Assembly (NCBI RefSeq): GCF_020745735.1
Contig: NC_083408.1
Location: forward strand, 84,784,484 to 84,848,483
Source: Hemiscyllium ocellatum
Lineage: Eukaryota
Reading direction: 5' to 3'
Length of the DNA: 64,000 nt
The position numbers and the translations under genes were made by a program. Position 1 is the first letter of the stretch. The number at the start of each line of letters is the position of its first letter. Of this stretch, positions 43,821 to 64,000 are shown piece by piece. The notes beneath the pieces are model-generated. The model saw only the letters and a program-made list of their open reading frames with translations, was not told the origin of the DNA and did no database searches.

Positions 43821-44628
43821 TGTTGCAAATGTAACAAATGGACACCTGAGTTTTGGTTGTTGTTTTGACAGCAGTTTGAATTTAACCAATTAGTTTAAAT
43901 TATGCCCAAGATACCAGAAGCAATGGAATTTGAATTTTATTGTTTTGACACCTGGAAACCAATCAAAGAAAGAACATGCAGGTTAGGTGAACTGGCTATG
44001 CTAAGTTGTCCATAGCGTTAGGTGCATTAGTCAGGGGTAAATACAAGGTAAGGGAATGGTTCTGGGTGGGTTACTCTTTGGAGGGTCGGTGTGGACTTGT
44101 TGAGTCGAAGGGCACATTTCCATACTGTAGGGAATCTAATCTTAAAAAAAAAAGTGTCATGGGGGAGGCGGTATAAAAATCCTGGGATTTTGAAAATTAG
44201 AGGGAGAGCAACTGGTTATCTAATATCTTGCTCTTAAAGGAATTAGAAAACGCTATCAAAAGTTACCTTTTCACACAAAGCATACAGTAAAAAAGAAAGA
44301 CTGTAACCCACCGACATCAGCAGCAGGAAAAGTGAAAACACCAAAGACAATATAGACTATATGGTCTGGAGATTGTTGATGTAATGTTTAAGTGTTATTG
44401 AGACAGCATATTATTTTATAGATTTGGGGTCAGATAGAAAGCAGTTAAGAAAAGTGAGGCCTTCGATTTGTGAAGTTTTTGTTTAAAGATCACTATTAAA
44501 GTTAGAAAAAATAAATTATTTTTCTTTAAATAGTAGAATTTAGGAGTTCTGTCACTCACATTTTAACAGATGAAGAGTGAGGTGAGCTTTCCTGGGTGTT
44601 TAAGAGATTTGACCTGCATGTCGTAACA
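43821..44628 (+). mobile_element. Possible solo LTR containing an HE1 SINE fragment
   Basis: TGTTGC...GTAACA near-inverted termini, internal TATAAAA and AATAAA, interrupts the FKBP3-relic homology; no clean TSD found. Confidence 0.35.
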
Positions 44629-44629
44629 G

Positions 44630-45250
44630 AAGAAAATATCCTATTATTATAAAATGATTTTGGATTAAACTTGCCTCTACACCATCTTACTGAAAGCAGA
44701 GATTTGCACTTGAGTATTATTCTAACACTGATAGTTGACTGTCTTTTTGGTCCTGCTTAAGTATGGCATAGGGAATGCAGAGGGGGTAAGTGAGCTTTAA
44801 GGGAATTCCTCCAAATTTAGTGGAATTTCTTTCCACAGGCTCAAAAAAAAGCGTCTGAACTTAAAAGTAGGAATTGACCATCAGAGGGATAGTAATACAA
44901 TAAGAGCTGACCCAGAGTTATTTTTATTAAATTGCCTTTGATTCATTTGCCACTAGCAGCTCCAATAACTGTTACTGGCAGTCCTTTCTTAAATGAGGAT
45001 TCAGTTTTAAGAATCATGTAAACCAGGGAGGACATTAGTTTGTAGATCCCATAATGGCCAAGCACTTATATATGATAGAATAATTCATAGGGTGCAGATG
45101 ATATTGGACATTATTTGTAATTACCCTTTCTCTCTTCCTCAAAGCCAATGAGACCAAGTGAATCAAGTAGCTGGATTTGAAATCCACCATATCAGTAAAG
45201 ATCAATTATGTTACAAAACCCTTACGGTTTAATTTGATATCAAATGTCGA
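44630..45250 (+). pseudogene. Decayed relic of a duplicated FKBP3 (end of intron 4, pseudo-exon 5 at about 44839-44888, intron 5)
   Basis: tggaatttctttccacag|gctcaaaaaaaagcgtctgaacttaaaagtaggaattg aligns with the FKBP3 exon 5 acceptor tggaatttctttctatag|gttccaaaaagaag...ctctgagcttcaaagtaggaattgg. Flanks are colinear with about 22900-23545 (e.g. ccaagtgaatcaag...atttgaaatcca...tcagtaaa in both). Confidence 0.8.
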
Positions 45251-45862
45251 ATAAATGTTAAATCATGATCATAATCAAGGAATTAAGGGCTATGGGGAGA
45301 ATGCGGGTAAGTGGAATTGAAATGCCCATCAGCCATGATTGAATGGTGGAGTGGACTCGATTCGATGGGCCGAATAGCCTTAATTCCACTGCTATGTCTT
45401 ACGGTCTTATAATTTGTTCCCATTTAAGCTCATTTCCAAGGTGATTGCATTCCCTGCCTTAGATCCTCAGACACAAATCTCTCAAGTTTACACTCATTAT
45501 AAATTTAGGAACAAACCACTGAATCAATATAGAATCCAGTAGACAATGCAACTAGAATTTAACATACCTCATGACTAGAAAGAATCAAAGAAGAAATCTT
45601 AATCGTTGACAAGATAGCTTTGTAATAGCAATCAACTTAACAGTAAGGATCAGCAGAATATAGTGAATTAAGTTATACTATAGAACAGATCAAGACAAAA
45701 ACTCAAAACTGCTGGAAATAAATGTTTATTAATCACAATCCAGAATTTGAATACAAGCCAATTACTTCATTTCTGAAATAGTTCCAGTTGAGTGAGCCAG
45801 TCTGTAAGGTAGGGAGGCATAGATATCAATTCATTTCATCGAGTTTGATGAAAAACAACATT

Positions 45863-55348
<9,486 letters not shown>

Positions 55349-56599
55349 GGTGATTCTAAGGGGCAAAAAAAATCCAAGTGAAGTACTAATTGCACAAATT
55401 TCACTTAAAAACTTAAGATCTCCAAATCAGTGTCCACTCATAACAGTAAATAAAGACAGCCATCAAGAAAAACAATCCTATATTTGGTGCCAACAGAAAT
55501 CTAGATAATAAAGTTGCCATCTAACTCATTTGGACCATAGGCAATTGCAGACCCATGCTCTTAACAATCCTCTGAGGTGGCCTAGCAAGCCACCCCTTAA
55601 ACCACTCCTGTAATGGTTTATGAAAGATTCCACCGAATTCTTATGGCAACTGAGGATGAGCACTACCTCACACTCAAAAGTTAAACACACTTCATTAAAT
55701 GTAAATTGCTATTCTTTAATAATATGATACAGAGCAGGGAATAAAAGGGAGAGAAAGGGAAAACATGTAAACAACAATCATCACCATTTCAAGAGGTCAT
55801 TTTATGAACATTTAATGGTAGCAGAAATAGACCATAGCCTGCTGTTGCTGATCTGTCACCAAATAAGATAATGGTTGATCAAGAATTGTGTTCTCAAGGC
55901 TACATTCCCACCTAATCCCAATAGCCTTCAACTCCTTTAAGAGATCTTAATTTATCACTCTCTGAGAATGACAGTCCCACATACTCAATACCTTCACACT
56001 ATGGGGCAATCTAAGAAGTGCTCAAGGATTCTGGGAGTAATTGAATGAGTCACCATGACTGAATAGGGAGTTGCAGAATACAGTGCTCAAGAGGAGAAAG
56101 AGCATCAAGAGGGTACCAGTGCAAAGCAACTGAGGAGGATTCTGGGAGATGTTGGCACAGTCACCATGACTGCTAGTTTTGAGTAGTAGCTAGCAAATGG
56201 AACCAGAAGTCAGAGGGAGGAGGCAGCAACTGGAGCAGGTTAAAAACTCAAGTGCAGGGCTTAATTTTGAGTAGCTTAATCAATTACACAGAATATAGTG
56301 GGAGCTGTATTTTATGACATTGCAAGTTCAAAAAAGATGTTTTGGACAGAAGGGCTTCTGATTGGTAAGACTGTAGTGAGGAGATATTTTTCCTCATCTT
56401 CAATTGCCATGAACTTTTAATATCCATAAAGTTTGAGTAATGGAATTTAGCTAGTGGTACAGTAGTACAGTATTAGGATTTATAGTTACATACTGCATAC
56501 AATAGTGTATTTAGTGTTTTTTAGTGAGAACCTAACATTAGGGACCATTTAGTTAGCTGTAGGTTAACAATCTTTTAAAATTAAGTCATTGCTAGAGGG

Positions 56600-59500
56600 T
56601 AAAAACATCAGCAGTATGCTTCTCCTGTGAAATGCGGGAAACCAGAAATAGTTTGAATGTCTGTAAACTACATATACAGGAAATGTGTCCAACTGTAGCT
56701 CATGTTGAAAACCAGACCATTAGGTAAGCAAGAGAAATAACCAAGGAATTACAGATTTAGGCCAGTAAGGCTATGAGGAAGAACAGATAGGGAGAGGTTA
56801 ATGAACACTACAGGACTGGTGGTCTGTAGTGTTTTAAACTGAGGAGTATGACAGTTAAGACAGATGAACTTAGAGCTTGGATTAGTACACAAAATTATGA
56901 TGCTGCAGCTGTTACAAAAATTTATTTGCGAGGGATCCAGACTGGCAGCTTAATGTTCCAGTATTCTGACATTTCACACGAGAAAGGGATACAAAAGAGG
57001 TGAGGGTGTTGGGATCAGGGAAAAGAATATCATAGCTGTACCGAGGGAGGACACCTTGGAGGGACTCATTAAGTGAGGCCATATGGTAGAGCTCAAGAAT
57101 AGAAAGAGTACCATCACTTTGATGTATTGCAGTCTCCCAAGAGCCAGCAGGAGACAGGAACAGGTAAGTGAACAGATTATGGAAAAATGTAAAAACACTT
57201 ACTGTAATGGGCAATTTTAATTTCGCCAAATTGACTAGGACTCCCAAAGTGCCAGGATCTTGGATGGGGGTGGGAGTGGGGGAATTCTTTAGATGCATCC
57301 AGCAAGGGTTTCTTGAAGCAACATGTCAATAACTCAACGAGGCAAGTACTCATAAAATATCTGGTGTTGGGGAATGAGGCCAGGGTAAGAAAGTCTTAAG
57401 GTGAAATTTGGGGAAGGCTAACCATGACAATATCAGACAGGAACTTGGGAATATAGATTGAAGTTAGCTGTTTTGGGGTAAGCCCACATCTGTCATGTGG
57501 GGAATCTTTTAAAGTAGATTAAGAATTCAGGACCAGTGTGTTCCTGTGAAAAGGAAACATGCAGATGGCAAGATTTGAGAACCTTGGATAACCGAAGAAA
57601 TTGAGTTTAGTCAAAGAGAAAAAAGGAAGGCATATGTAAGGTTTAGAAAACTGAAGACACTCAAGAGCGCTGAAATAATACAAAGACAGCAGAATTAGGA
57701 AGACTAAAAGGGGCTCCGAAAGGTCTTTAGTAAACAGGATTGATGAAAATTCCACGTGTTTCAACATGCAGGAGGAGCAAGACTGAAGGGAAGGATGGGT
57801 CCACTCAAGGACAAAGAAAATCTGTAACAGGATTGAGGGCAGAGGGATGGATGTGATCTATATGGACTTCAGTAAGGCATTTGACAAGGTTCCTCATGAT
57901 AGATTAGTTAGCAAGGTTAGATCACATGGCGGACAGCAAGAACTAGCCACTTTGATACAGAACCGGTTCGACAGAGGGTGGTGGTGGAGGGTTGCTTTTC
58001 AGACTGGAGGCATGTGACCAACGACGTGCCACAAAGATTGGTGCAGGGCCCACTGCTTTTTGTCATTTATATGAATAATTTAGATGTGAACATAGGAGAT
58101 ATAATTAGTAAATGTGCAGATAACACCAAAACTGGAAGTACAGTAGACAGCGAAGAAGTTTATCTCAGAGTACAATGGGATCTTGATCACATGAGCAAAT
58201 GGGCTGAGGAGTGGCAGATGGCGTTTAATTTAGATAAATGTGAGGTGTTGCATTTTGGAAAGGCAAATCAGGGCAGGACTTATATACTACATGTTAAGGT
58301 CCTGTGAGGTGTTGCTGAACAAAAAGACCTTGGAGTGCAAGTTCATAGTTACTCGAAAGTGGAGTCGCAGGTAGATAGGACAGTGAAGATGACATTTGGT
58401 ATGCTTGCCTTTATTGGTCACAGCATTGAGTGTAGGGTTTGGGAGGTCATGTTTCATCTTAACAATGGTTAAGCCACTTTTGGAATATGCAAGGTTTGTG
58501 AAGGTTTGTATCTCAGGCTGAGGTTTAGGGTGTAGGTTTGATATCTAGACGTTTCATTACCTGGCGTCCTCCAAGTGAAGCAAAGCTGTTGTCTCCTGCA
58601 TTCTATTTATAGGCTCCTGGATGGGGTTCTGGGGTTTGTGGTGATGTCATTTCCTGTTCATTTTCTGAGGGGTTGATAGATGGTATCTAGATCTATGTGT
58701 TTGTTTATGGCATTGTGGTTGGAGTGCCATGCCTCCAGGAATTCTCTGGCACGTCTTTGCTTAGCTTGTCCCAGAATAGATGTGTTGGAATATTGTGTGC
58801 AATTCCCTCCTATAGAAAGGATATTGTGAAACTTGAAGGAGTTCAGAAAAGATTTCCAAAGGATGCTGCCAGGGTTGGAGGGTTTGAACTATAGGAAGAT
58901 GCTGAAGAGAATGAGGCTGTTTTCTTTGGAGCATCAGAGGCTGAGGGGTGATCTTATAGAGGTTAATAAAATCATGAGGGGCGTGGATAGGATAAATACA
59001 TAAGGTCATTTCCCTGGGTGCGATGCAGTGCAGACTAGAGGGCATAGGTTTAAGGCAAGAGGGGAGATTTAAAAGGGATCTAAGGGGCAACTTTTTCAGG
59101 CAAAGGGTGGTGGACATATGGAATGAGCCGCCAAAGTAAGTGGTGGATGCTGGTACAATTACAGCATTTAAAAGGCAACTAGTTGATTTTATGAATAAGA
59201 AGGGTTGAGAGGGATGTGGGCCAAGTGCTGGCAAACAGAACTAGATTAATTTAGGATATCTGGTCAACACGTACAAGTTAGGCAGAAGTGTGCACTCTGT
59301 GCTGTATGTATGCTGTGACTCGGTGTGTGAAGCTGGAGAAAGTGGGTGAGGTCCTTAACAAATATTTTGCATTGGAGGACATGGTAGTTTGTGAACATTA
59401 TGGGGCATGTTGATATTAATAAATGGTGATGGTGTTGGGAACTTTGAAAAGCATTAAGTTTGACAAGTCCTTGAAACCTGATGGGGCCAATCCAAGAACG

Positions 59501-60490
59501 CTGAGGGAGGGAAATTCTGTGGCCACATATGAAATCTTTGTATCCTATTTGGTGACACGAGAGGCTCCAGTGGGCTGGAGAATAGTCAACATTTTTCCTT
59601 TGCTTAAGGGCAACAGGGATAACCTAGGAAATTACAAGCTGGTGAGCCTCACATCAGTGATAGGAAATTTATTGGAGAAGGTTCTTAAGGTCAGAATTTA
59701 CTCACATGTGGAAAAATTAAGACTTATTAGCGACAAGTCTCAAAATTGATTGTATTTCCTGAGAAAGTGACACAAGTGATTGAAGAAGAAAGAGTATGGA
59801 ATGTGGTCCCAGGTGGCTGGCTGATACAAAAGGCAGTCGCATGGAATGTATAGTGAGGTGGCTGGATGAATACAGATCTGACTTGGTCATAGAAGACGAT
59901 AGTAGTGCGTATTTTTTTGACTGGAGATCTGTGAACAGTGGTGTTCTGCAGGGATCGGTGCTGGGACCGCTTTTGTTTGTATTAAATATAAATGAATCGG
60001 AGAACGCAAGTGGCCTGATTAGTAAGTGTGTCGATGACACAAAGATTGGAGGAAGCTTTGGACAGCGAGGAAGTTTGCAAGAGGACCTAGCAGGATATAG
60101 GCAGCTTGGGGACTTGGGTGAATAAATGGCAGATGGATTTTAATACAGACAAATGCAAGATGATGCACTTTGGAAAACGTAATGCAGGAGGGAAGTATAC
60201 AGTAAATGTAGGTGCCAAAGGATCTAGGCATACAGATGCACAGTTCCCTCAAAGTGGACTAGGTGGTCAAGATGACATACTTGCCTTTGCCAATCAGGGC
60301 AGTGTACAAAAAAAATCAACGAGTCATGTTGTGGATTTATAGATTTTAGTTAGGCCACATTGGAACATTATGTACAGTTCTAGTCACGCACTATAGAAGG
60401 ATGAGGGGAGGGGAACTTTCGAGATGGTACAGAAAAAGTTTACTAGGATGTTGCCTGATTTAGAGGGCATTAGCATTGAGGCGAGATTGA
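56600..60490 (+). mobile_element. Nested CR1 fragments in FAU copy 2 intron 1, with a small Penelope-like piece at about 58490-58780
   Basis: YMDFSKAFDKV, VPQRLVQGPLLFVIYMNNL, GVLQGSVLGPLLF and SKCVDDTKIGG motifs. Confidence 0.82.
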
Positions 60491-60591
60491 ACAGTCACGT
60501 GTCTGTGCGCTCTTGGTGAGAGCCCTGTTCCTGCCCTCTAATATTGTTTTGTTCAGAAAAAAAGGATTGGCTTTACATAGTTTCACCAATG

Positions 60592-61191
60592 CCCTGAACA
60601 GCCACAAAACGTGAGATTCACCCAATGGAGGCCGCCGCGTGGCTTCTGGTTGCCAATACATCCGCCAGCATCAGACCCTCTAACATGGACCTCCCGCAGG
60701 AAGGTGCCGCCGCCGCCAGCCCGCACTCCCAGCAAATGGCGCCGGCTCAAAAGGGAAGCCCAGGTCACAGGCCCGGCGCCATTTGCTGACGGACACACAG
60801 CCCCAGGAGCTGAAAGTCCACAACCCGCAACACAGTCAAGGCAAGGAGAGGATAAATACATCCTTTCAGAACTCGACAAACTGCGATCACTCACCGAGAA
60901 AAGTCAGGCCCGGTTTGACAGTGAAAACAGGGACCACCTCACCAACACCTCCCTAAACAGAAAAAGACAGAGCTACTGCACACGCGCACTATAACAGCAA
61001 ATAGCTGCGCATGCGTACGTGCAAAGACCGTCGGTCGAGGCCATCGCGCTGACTGCGCGTGCGCAATGTGAATTCTCCTGGTCGAACGTGCCAGAGAAGT
61101 CAATATCGCCTGGACCATGCGTAGTTTCCATGTGTACTCCTTACGGACATGTGAATGTTCGCGTGGGCTGCTCCTCTCACATCAAATTAAA
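60592..61191 (-). promoter_or_regulatory. FAU: FAU copy 2 CpG-island promoter and non-coding exon 1 (about 60972 to 60895)
   Basis: Near-identical to 36168-36767 at offset 24424, with the same TOP tract, donor site and NRF1/YY1-like motifs. Confidence 0.8.
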
Positions 61192-64000
61192 TACCACAAT
61201 ACCGGGTTATAGTACAACAGTTTTATTTGGAAGCATTAGCTTTCAGAGCGCTTGTTTCTTCATCAGGTGGTTGTGGAGTAGAATCATAAGACAGACTTTC
61301 CAGCAACAGGAATGTCGTATCATGAACTTAATATTAAACTAATTTAGCTAAAGTTTTTCATCTTTTAGAATGATCATGTTAGTTTCAGTTTCTTCATATG
61401 TAATCCCAGAACTTTTTTAAAAGATACGTTCTCAAGCTTGCTTTAGACAATAGGCGTCATCTCGATGCTGCCTGAATTGCTGTGCTCTTCCAGCACCACT
61501 AATCCAGAATCTGGTTTCCAGCATCTACAGTCATTGTTTTTACCTCATCTCAACTCAGACAATGCATTGAAGGTGTGAATTTAAAGTGTGTGTGTCCCAC
61601 AGTGAGGGCAGAATGATTCTAGTTCTGAAGTAGGATTTACAGAATCTTACATGGATTTATACAATTTTTGAGCAAAATAAAATGTAGTTCTGAAAGTGCA
61701 AATTCCCCAACTTATATGTGCGTACATGCGTGCAGGGGAGACCGAGTGAGTGTGTTCATGGCTGTTATGAGACGATAAGTCTGTGTGTATAGGTGGGTGT
61801 ATGTGTGAGCATATGAGAGAGAGTTTGTGTATGAGAGAGGGTCTGCGTGAATGTGTGGGTCTGTAGGTATGTGTGTTTTTTCCACGTGCGTTATGGGCAT
61901 TTGAATATTGGAGGGAACAGCTCAGCTCACATCAAATTAAAATACCACAAAACCAGATCATTGCGCAACAGATTTATGTGGAAGCACTAGCTTTCGAAAC
62001 ACTGTTTCGTCACAGAATTTCTAGCAAAAGTTTACAGCGTGATGCAACTAAAATTATATAATGAAAAAAGTCCAGGATTGTTGAAGTTTCTCATCTTTTA
62101 GAATTACCATGTTGGTTTCAGTTTTTTCATATGTAAATCCCAGAACTTAAAGTTACATTGTCAAGTGAACTTTAACAGTAGGTGTCATATTAGTTCAGAT
62201 AATGCATTGAAGGTAGTGGGTGCTCAATGTGAGGCTACCTGTGCCCCACTGTTCAGACCGATTTTATTTCTAAAGGGATTTATAGAATTGTATATGGATT
62301 CATGTAGTTTTTGAGCAAAATAAAAAATGTAGTTGTACACGTACAAATTCACCCCACAAACTTATGTATATGTACACACATGTAGGGTCAGTACATATAT
62401 GTGTAACTGTAAAGGGGTATAAGTCTGATACACAGACAGAGATGGTGTGGTTCTGTTCGCCGAGCTGGAAGTTTTTGCTGCAAACGTTTCGTTCCCTGGC
62501 TAGGGAACATCATCAGTGCTATTGGAGCCTCCTGTGAAGCGCTGCTTTGATGTTTCTTCCGGTATTTATAGTGGTTTGTTCTTGCCGCTTCCGGGTGTCA
62601 GTTTCAGCTGTAGTAGTTTGTATGTGGGGTCCAGGTTGATGTGGCTGTTGATGGATCTTCTTGCCGTTTCCGGGTGTCAGTTTCAGCTGTAGTGGTTTGT
62701 ATATGGGCACATTAACAGACACATAGACCTGGACCCCACATACAAACTACTACCCGGAAGCGGCAAGAACAAACCACTATAAATACCGGAAGAAACATCA
62801 AAGCAGCGCTTCACAGGAGGCTCCAATAGCACTGATGATGTTCCCTAGCCAGGGAACGAAACGTTTGCAGCAAAAACTTCCAGCTCGGCGAACAGAACCA
62901 CAACAACGGACACCCGAGCTACAAATCTTCAACCAGACTTTAAACAGACAGAGATGCCCACAGGTACTGAGCTTGGCTACAGTCGAGTGGTGCCTGTCAC
63001 AAAGTCCACCTTGGAGGATGGTCACCTGAATGTTTGAGGTCAAATGTCCCAGACCGCTGAAGTATTCTCCAACTGGGAGGGAACTCTCCTGTCTATTGAT
63101 TGTTGTGCAGTGTCCATTCATCCATTGCCACAGCCTCTGCTGAGTTTCAGCAATGTACCTTGCCTCAGGGCATCTTTGCCTGCAGCGTACGAGATAGACA
63201 ATATTGTCTGAGTCACACAAGTACTTGTCGCATACAGGTTGGGTAGTGTCCCCCACGTGTAATGATGATATTATGTCAGCACTCTGACAGATGTTGCAGT
63301 GTCTACTGTGGCAGGGTTGTATGGTGTTATAAAAACAATGACTGCAGATACTGGAAACCAGATTTTGGATTAGTGGTGCTAGAAGAGCACAGCAGTTCAG
63401 GAGGCATCCAACGAGCAGCAAAATCGACGTTTCAGGCAAAAGCCCTTCATCAGGAATAAAGGCAGTGAGCTGGAAGCATGGAGAGATAAGCTGGGGAGGG
63501 TGGGGGTGGGGAGAGAGTAGCATAGAGTGCAATGGGGGAGTGGGGGATAAGATGAAGGTGATAGATCAGGGAGGAGAGGGTGGAATGGATAGGTGGAAAA
63601 GGAACTAGGCAGGTCAGACACATCCGGACAAGTCATGGGGACAGTGCTGAGCTGGAAGTTTGAAACTAGGATGAGGTAGGGGAAGGGGAATGAGGAAGCT
63701 GTTGAAGTCCACATTGATGCCCTGGGGTTGAAGTGTTCCGAGGCAGAAGATGAGGTGTTCTTCCTCCAGCCGTCTGGTGGTGAGGGAGCGGCGGCGAAGG
63801 ACTCCTCCCTCCCCTTCCTAGACCTTTCCATTTCTATCTCGGGCGACCGACTCAACACAGACATCTACTATAAACCAACTGACCCGCACAGCTACCTAGA
63901 CTACACCTCCCCCCACCCTCCCCCCCCTGTAAAAACTCCATCCCATATTCCCAATTCCTTCGTCTCCGCCGCATCTGCTCCCAGGAGGACCAGTTCCAAT
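61190..64000. mobile_element. Cluster of nested Penelope-like retroelements with GIY-YIG endonuclease and RT fragments
   Basis: Minus-strand frame at about 62960-63330 gives NIVYLVRCRQRCPEARYIAETQQRLWQWMNGH (GIY-YIG). About 63690-63795 minus gives RRRLEEEHLIFCLGTLQPQGINVDF. 63803-64000 plus gives SLPFLDLSISISGDRLNTDIYYKPTDPHSYLDYTSPHP...KNSIPYSQFLRLRRICS (Penelope RT thumb). Family A hammerhead at 63423-63455 (minus). Confidence 0.85.
62445..62943. mobile_element. Young Penelope-like family B insertion with a perfect ~150-bp inverted repeat and two intact hammerhead motifs (62480-62519 minus, 62829-62868 plus)
   Basis: 13-bp TSD ACAGACAGAGATG at 62432-62444 and 62944-62956; GCA-CTGATGA-T-GTTCCCT-AGCC-AGGGAAC-GAAA-CG-TT-TGC. 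Confidence 0.82.

Overview
Vertebrate genomic DNA, very likely from a shark or other cartilaginous fish (inferred from HE1-type V-SINEs, Deu-domain SINEs and dense CR1 LINEs). Genes in order: the last three exons of an alpha-1-antitrypsin-like serpin (+); an intact 7-exon FKBP3/FKBP25 (+) whose last intron is U12-type; and two intact tandem FAU (FUBI-eS30) paralogues (-). The duplication also carried part of FKBP3, which survives as a decayed relic near 44.6-45.3 kb. The FAU copies differ at about 26 of 402 coding nt and their introns are much more diverged, yet a 600-bp promoter/exon 1 block is almost identical. Between the copies lies a near full-length, frameshifted Tx1/Keno-like LINE with a 13-bp TSD, a ZCCHC3-like ORF1 and a 5' end derived from U2 snRNA. 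Scattered through the window are Penelope-like insertions of three families, often as inverted pairs with 10-14 bp TSDs, each carrying a minimal hammerhead ribozyme motif. A 1.5-kb GC-rich minisatellite lies between the serpin and FKBP3. All alignments and counts were done by eye, and repeat boundaries are approximate.
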